Positions 59,347 to 64,000 of a stretch of DNA of 64,000 bases are shown in pieces. This stretch comes from Phormidesmis sp. RL_2_1. GTDB lineage: Bacteria > Cyanobacteriota > Cyanobacteriia > Phormidesmidales > Phormidesmidaceae. Each line of letters starts with the position of its first letter. Within the stretch, counting starts at the first letter, position 1. The notes below the pieces were generated by a model. It searched no databases, was not told where the DNA came from, and saw only the letters and a program-made list of their open reading frames with translations. The stretch is from NCBI GenBank assembly GCA_012033015.1, contig JAAUPS010000001.1, forward strand, positions 3,490-67,489, given 5' to 3'. Position numbers and translations under genes: made by a program.

Positions 59347-60266
59347 ATGTATGCTCGTCCATCCACTGCCCAACGCGGACAAACAGCCGTCAAAGAGACA
59401 GCAGCTCAGCTCATTGTCAATTTTTGGGGTGTGCGGGGGAGTGTGCCCACCCCAACAGCCGCCAACCAACGCTATGGCGGCAATACGGTATGTGTAGAAA
59501 TGCTGTTGGGCGAGCAGCGCATTATTTTTGATGGCGGCACTGGCATCGTTGGCCTAGGCCGTCATCTGCAGCAACAATATCAACCGGATAACGCTATCAA
59601 TGCCGCTGAGGATGAGGCCCGCCACAGCGCGCATATTTTCTTTACCCATACCCAATGGGATCGCATTCAGGGCTTTCCCTTTTTTCAGCCCGCATTTATT
59701 CCCGGCAACCATTTCTGTATGTATGGCGGTACCGCCCCTAACGGCGCGTCATCAAACACTGCCTTACCGATCAAATGCTCCAGCCCCACTTTTCTCTGCC
59801 GCTACAAAACATGCGCGCCCACCTAACGTTCGATACCTTAGGCGATCGCGACAGCTTCCAAATTGGCGATATTCAAGTAGAAACCCTCAAAACCAACGCC
59901 ATCACAGAAGCCCTAGGCTACCGCCTGAGTTGGAATGGCTACACCGTGGTCTACGCCACCGACACCCCTCCCGACTCGGTAAATGCAGACTTTCTCAACT
60001 TCGTAGACCAAGCAGATATCCTCATCTACGACGGCACCTACTCCGATTTGACCTATCTCAATAGCGCTACTGCCCCCTTCAATATGGCTTCACAACCCTG
60101 GGAACTCGGTGTAGAAATTGCCCAAAAAGCCAATGTCAAAGAGCTTGTTCTCCTGCACCACAGCCCCATGCAAGACGACGTCATCCTCGACCAGTTGCAG
60201 CATGAACTGACCAATCGCTTTCCCAATGCCAAAATTGCCTACGAAGGCATGGTACTGAGCCGCTAA
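59347..60266 (+). CDS. MBL-fold metallo-hydrolase (frameshift near 59750)
   Basis: FWGVRGS, YGGNT.C, FDGGTG, FFTHTQWDRIQG, VVYATD, AYEG. Confidence 0.8.
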
Positions 60267-60314
60267 TCTTCTGGTGATTCATCGTCCAGTGGCGCATCGT
60301 CCAGTGGCGCATCT

Positions 60315-61701
60315 TTAGGCCGAGCTGCAGTCGCCGAGCGATCGCACTCCCCCTGCCAATTCCTCAATGGCATCGCCACTGCCTGCACCCAATGCCTGCA
60401 GCTTACGAGCACTCACCAACACCCGCCCTTCCAAAGACCCCACCGCCTTATTAAAACTATCGACTGTCACCTCTAGCCCCTTGCGCAGCTTTTGCATGTG
60501 CCCAGCAAACGTTCGCACCCGGTCGTACAGCTCTTTGCCCAAAAGGCTAATTTCCTGCGCATTTTCTGTCACCTGCTGCTGCTGCCACCCATAAGACACC
60601 GCCTTCAGCAAAGCAATCAGCGTCGTCGGTGTCGCCAAAATCACCCGCTGCTCAATGCCCGCTTCTATCAAACTCGCATCTTGCTCCAAAGCAGCACTAA
60701 AAAACACTTCACCCGGCAAAAACAACACCACAAACTCCGGCGTTGGGCTGAAACTGCGCCCAATAAGCCTTTTGGCTCAATTGACTCAAATGCCGCTTCA
60801 CCTGCTTAGCATGATCGCGCAGCTTATCCAGTCGCTCTGTCTCACTCGTCGCCTCTAGCGAAGCCAAATAGGCCGACAGCGGCGCTTTAGCATCTACAAC
60901 AAGTTGTCTGCGCCCCGGCAACTGCACCAACATATCCGGGCGCAACCCCTCCACCTGACTCACCTGCTGGCTAAAATCGCAGTGCTCAGCCATACCCGCT
61001 AGCTCAACGACCCGCTTAAGCTGAATTTCACCCCAACGGCCTCGCACCGTAGGCGATCGCAACGCCTTCGCCAAATTCGCCGTCTCCACCTGCAACTGCA
61101 CCTGACTACTCGCCAGTGCCGAAATCTGCTCCGTGAGCTGAGCATAGGCACTCAGCCGCTGCCCCTCTAGCCGCTGCAAAAAAGTCTCCACCTTACCCAA
61201 CGAAGACTGCAAGGGCCGTACCACCTCCTCCACCGCTTGCTGTTTGAGCGCTAACTCACCTTTCGCCGCCGTTTGAAACGCACTCAGCCGCGTTTCCGCC
61301 AGCTCCAAAAACGACTGATTATTAGCCTGCAACGCCTGCGACGACAACGCTCGAAACGTATCCGCCAACTGTTGTTGAGCCGAAGTCATCAGCGCCAGCT
61401 TGGCATCCATCTGCACTCGAACCTCAGCCAATTGCGCCTCCGCTTTAGCCTGCTGCGTTATCGCCTGAGTCATCTGCTCTTGATACGTCATCAGCCTGCG
61501 ATCGCGCGCTTCAATCTCCCGTCGCAGCTCCTCAAGCCGTTCATCCTTCCCCCTGAGCTGCTCTACCATACTGGCTCGATCAGCCACCAAATCATTTTTC
61601 GTCTTTTCACGCACCGCCTGCAGTTTAGCCGCCAGCAGCCCCCAGCTCACCAGCCCACCTAACGCGCCACCCGCCAAAAAAGCCCCAAAAAATTCCATCA
61701 C
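60315..61701 (-). CDS. rmuC: DNA recombination protein RmuC (frameshift near 60740)
   Basis: [39 protein letters not shown]. Confidence 0.9.
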
Positions 61702-61868
61702 CTACCGGTACAAGCTTACTAATGGCAGCGTATCACTAGTAAAGCCCAAACCATTAACCCAGAACCCATTTGCTATACTTCTGCTACCCGCTTTATGTTT
61801 AAATAATTGCCCACAGACCATTCCTGGCAAGCCTTTGCCCATCTAACCCGACCACAGGAGCCCCACCG

Positions 61869-62219
61869 ATGACTGGATTTATCATCACCTGGATTGTAAC
61901 AACCGTTACCTTCGTCATTCTCACCAAGCTACCGACCGGTATCGAATCAGAAAGTTTGGGTAAATCTGCGATCGCAGCGCTGATCTTCGGCCTGCTCAAC
62001 GGTCTGACCGGCTGGTTTATCAATAATCCCATTATCAACGTGTTCACCTTAGGGTTTATGTTCCTCATTGGGAACACCATCCTATTCGGCCTCACTGCCC
62101 TCCTCGTCAAAGGATTTAGGCTGCGCTGGGGCATTATGAGCGCCGTTATCGGTGCCCTAGGCGTGACCGTTATCAACCAAATCCTCTTCCAAATTCTCAG
62201 AACCCTGCAAATTACTTAA
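61869..62219 (+). CDS. Phage-holin-like (YvlD/DUF360-type) membrane protein
   Basis: AIAALIFGLLN, TLGFMFLIGN, V.GF; four hydrophobic segments. Confidence 0.7.
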   Translation: MTGFIITWIVTTVTFVILTKLPTGIESESLGKSAIAALIFGLLNGLTGWFINNPIINVFTLGFMFLIGNTILFGLTALLVKGFRLRWGIMSAVIGALGVTVINQILFQILRTLQIT

Positions 62220-62512
62220 GTTACTTAAAGCCCATCCTGGCTCAGCAGCTCACATGTCAAGGCAAAATAAAGCATAAAAATTGCACATTTAAAGGGCCTA
62301 GATAGAGGATGTTTAAAGTTAAGCATCAGTTATGGGCAGAGCTGTCGTTAGAGCGTAAATTGTATAGGTAGAATGGGCTGACTCGCTGAAGACCTCGCTG
62401 AAGAGCCCAAGCAAGAGCCCAAGCAAGAGCTAAAGCAAGAGCTAAAGCCAAAGCCAAAGAAAGAGCCCAAGCAAGATTCAGACACAAAGGACTTAGGACA
62501 TGAGGGGAAAAT

Positions 62513-64000
62513 GTGGATTTGACTGACGCACTCGACTGGCTAGAGTCCGCTGTAGTGAACACAGTTGGCCAGTCTTTACGAGAACCTGAAATCGTTATTT
62601 TAAAAGGCACTTGGCGCGGGCTGACCTATGAGCAGATGGCCCAAGGCTCAGAATATAGCACCAACTATTTGATGCGAGATGTGGCCCCCAAGTTATGGAA
62701 ACAGCTCTCTCATGTCTTTGGTTGCTCGGTAGGCAAAACTAATTTTCGAGTTGCTTTAGAAGCCTATATTGCGAACAATGCATCTTTGGCACCTAGTGTA
62801 AATCGTTCCGCTCTAGACGCTACCGCAGCAACAAGCTTAGACTGGCATCCTGCCGTAATATCGGAAAGTTTACGCAGCGCCGCGCTGAGCAATTCACTAC
62901 TCAATATAGGAGCCCGACATACCCTATTGATGGCTGCCCATGGCGGAGTGCCTTCAGTGATGTATGGCTATCAGCAGGCGTTAGCACAAGCGAGACAGTG
63001 GTTAAATGCCGCAGCAAACACACCCAATAGTCCTGGCATAGCAGCTCTAGCCCAAGCGGATAGCCGCAGCCAAATTATCGGCATTTGGGGATTGCGAGGG
63101 GTAGGAAAAACCTTATTTACAGAGCAATTGGTCGCCCAGGTCGGCGATCGCTTTGACGCTGTGATTTGGCGATCGCTCAAAGATCAGCCCACCTTGAACG
63201 ACTTGAGCGCAAGTATATTGGTTCATATCGGCGTTGCCCCCCAACCAGAACAAGCCACGGCCCAACTGCTGACCATCATGGCGCAAAAATCCCTGCTGTT
63301 AGTCTTAGAGGGGATAGAGGCGTTACTGCGCCCAGGCTGTTTAGCCGGTGACTATTTACCAGAATGCCAAGCCTATGGTGATTTTTTGCAGGCCATCATC
63401 GGCCTCAAAAGTAGCGTCATCATCACAGGTATTGAAGGGCCAGCAGATCTGGTTCGCAGAAGCGGCTCTGGCAACGGATTTGGCAGCAGCATTAGCAGTG
63501 GCATTAGCACTCGACTGGAGCCTGAATTAATCGCTGAAGCCGACCATTTGCTAGACGATGGAGTAGACGATGGAATAGAAGATGAAATAGGTGATGGAGT
63601 AGACGATGAAATAGGTAATAGCCTACTAGGCGATGGCTTTAGTCAGGCTTCTGGGGTGCGATCGCTAACTCTGAGCCAGCTTTGTGAAGCAGATGCCACC
63701 GACTTACTCCGAGCAGAATCACTGGCAACACCTGAGTATTGGCCCGAACTGATTCGACGCTACCAGGGGCATCCGTTAGCCTTGAAAACGGCCTCGCGGG
63801 TGATCCGAGAAATTTTCAATGGCCGAGTCGATGAATTTTTAAGGCAAGCTTCAGTTCTATTCACCGATATTTTGCGCTTAATTGCCCCCTCCTTTGAGCG
63901 ACTCTCACCTTTAGAAATTGATATTCTCTACTGGCTCGCCAGCCAAGAAGCGCCATTGTCGCTCAGCGAACTGCAACAAACCCTGCCCTTTTCAATGGAC
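62513..64000 (+). CDS. STAND/NB-ARC-like NTPase with N-terminal HTH, partial (runs off window; absent from ORF track)
   Basis: GTG at 62513 after GAGGGG; ILKGTWRGLTYEQMA...LWKQLS; GIWGLRGVGKT, VIWRSL, YQGHPLALK. Confidence 0.8.
   Translation, partial: MDLTDALDWLESAVVNTVGQSLREPEIVILKGTWRGLTYEQMAQGSEYSTNYLMRDVAPKLWKQLSHVFGCSVGKTNFRVALEAYIANNASLAPSVNRSALDATAATSLDWHPAVISESLRSAALSNSLLNIGARHTLLMAAHGGVPSVMYGYQQALAQARQWLNAAANTPNSPGIAALAQADSRSQIIGIWGLRGVGKTLFTEQLVAQVGDRFDAVIWRSLKDQPTLNDLSASILVHIGVAPQPEQATAQLLTIMAQKSLLLVLEGIEALLRPGCLAGDYLPECQAYGDFLQAIIGLKSSVIITGIEGPADLVRRSGSGNGFGSSISSGISTRLEPELIAEADHLLDDGVDDGIEDEIGDGVDDEIGNSLLGDGFSQASGVRSLTLSQLCEADATDLLRAESLATPEYWPELIRRYQGHPLALKTASRVIREIFNGRVDEFLRQASVLFTDILRLIAPSFERLSPLEIDILYWLASQEAPLSLSELQQTLPFSMD

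Noticed and set aside
61869-62219. Prophage signalled by a holin-like gene
   Set aside because: Common chromosomal membrane protein family; no phage genes nearby.

Overview
Cyanobacterial chromosomal window (frequent HIP1 GCGATCGC octamers; cyanobacterial-type DesC, group-2 sigma factor, PII, Uma2). The key system is a complete, apparently intact diversity-generating retroelement (DGR) at ~50.6-53.95 kb: a TIR-linker-FGE/C-type-lectin target gene, avd, a DGR reverse transcriptase and a 130-bp template repeat (53642-53771). The TR differs from the target's variable repeat (51849-51978) at 12 adenine positions and one 3' non-adenine position. A spacer segment downstream of TR is complementary to the TR/VR 3' end and may explain that single non-A difference. 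Also notable are three clusters of a roughly 33-bp-phased AGTCTCA-N3-TGAGACT palindrome (47.9, 48.8, 57.0 kb) bracketing the DGR region, the last in front of a small HTH gene. Other content: a GT28/glf/GMC glycoconjugate cluster, two giant Ser/Thr kinase-AAA-GAF-His kinase genes flanking desC and a TetR-recombinase-like regulator with palindromic operators, lysS, pyrH, frr, an atypical PII paralog, an IS/toxin remnant island, glycogen genes, a degenerate Adk-thioredoxin fusion, MBOAT, ppa, rmuC and a partial STAND NTPase. About 20 genes, including lysS and pyrH, are split by frameshifts, most likely consensus sequencing errors. All product calls are from motif recognition by eye, not database searches.
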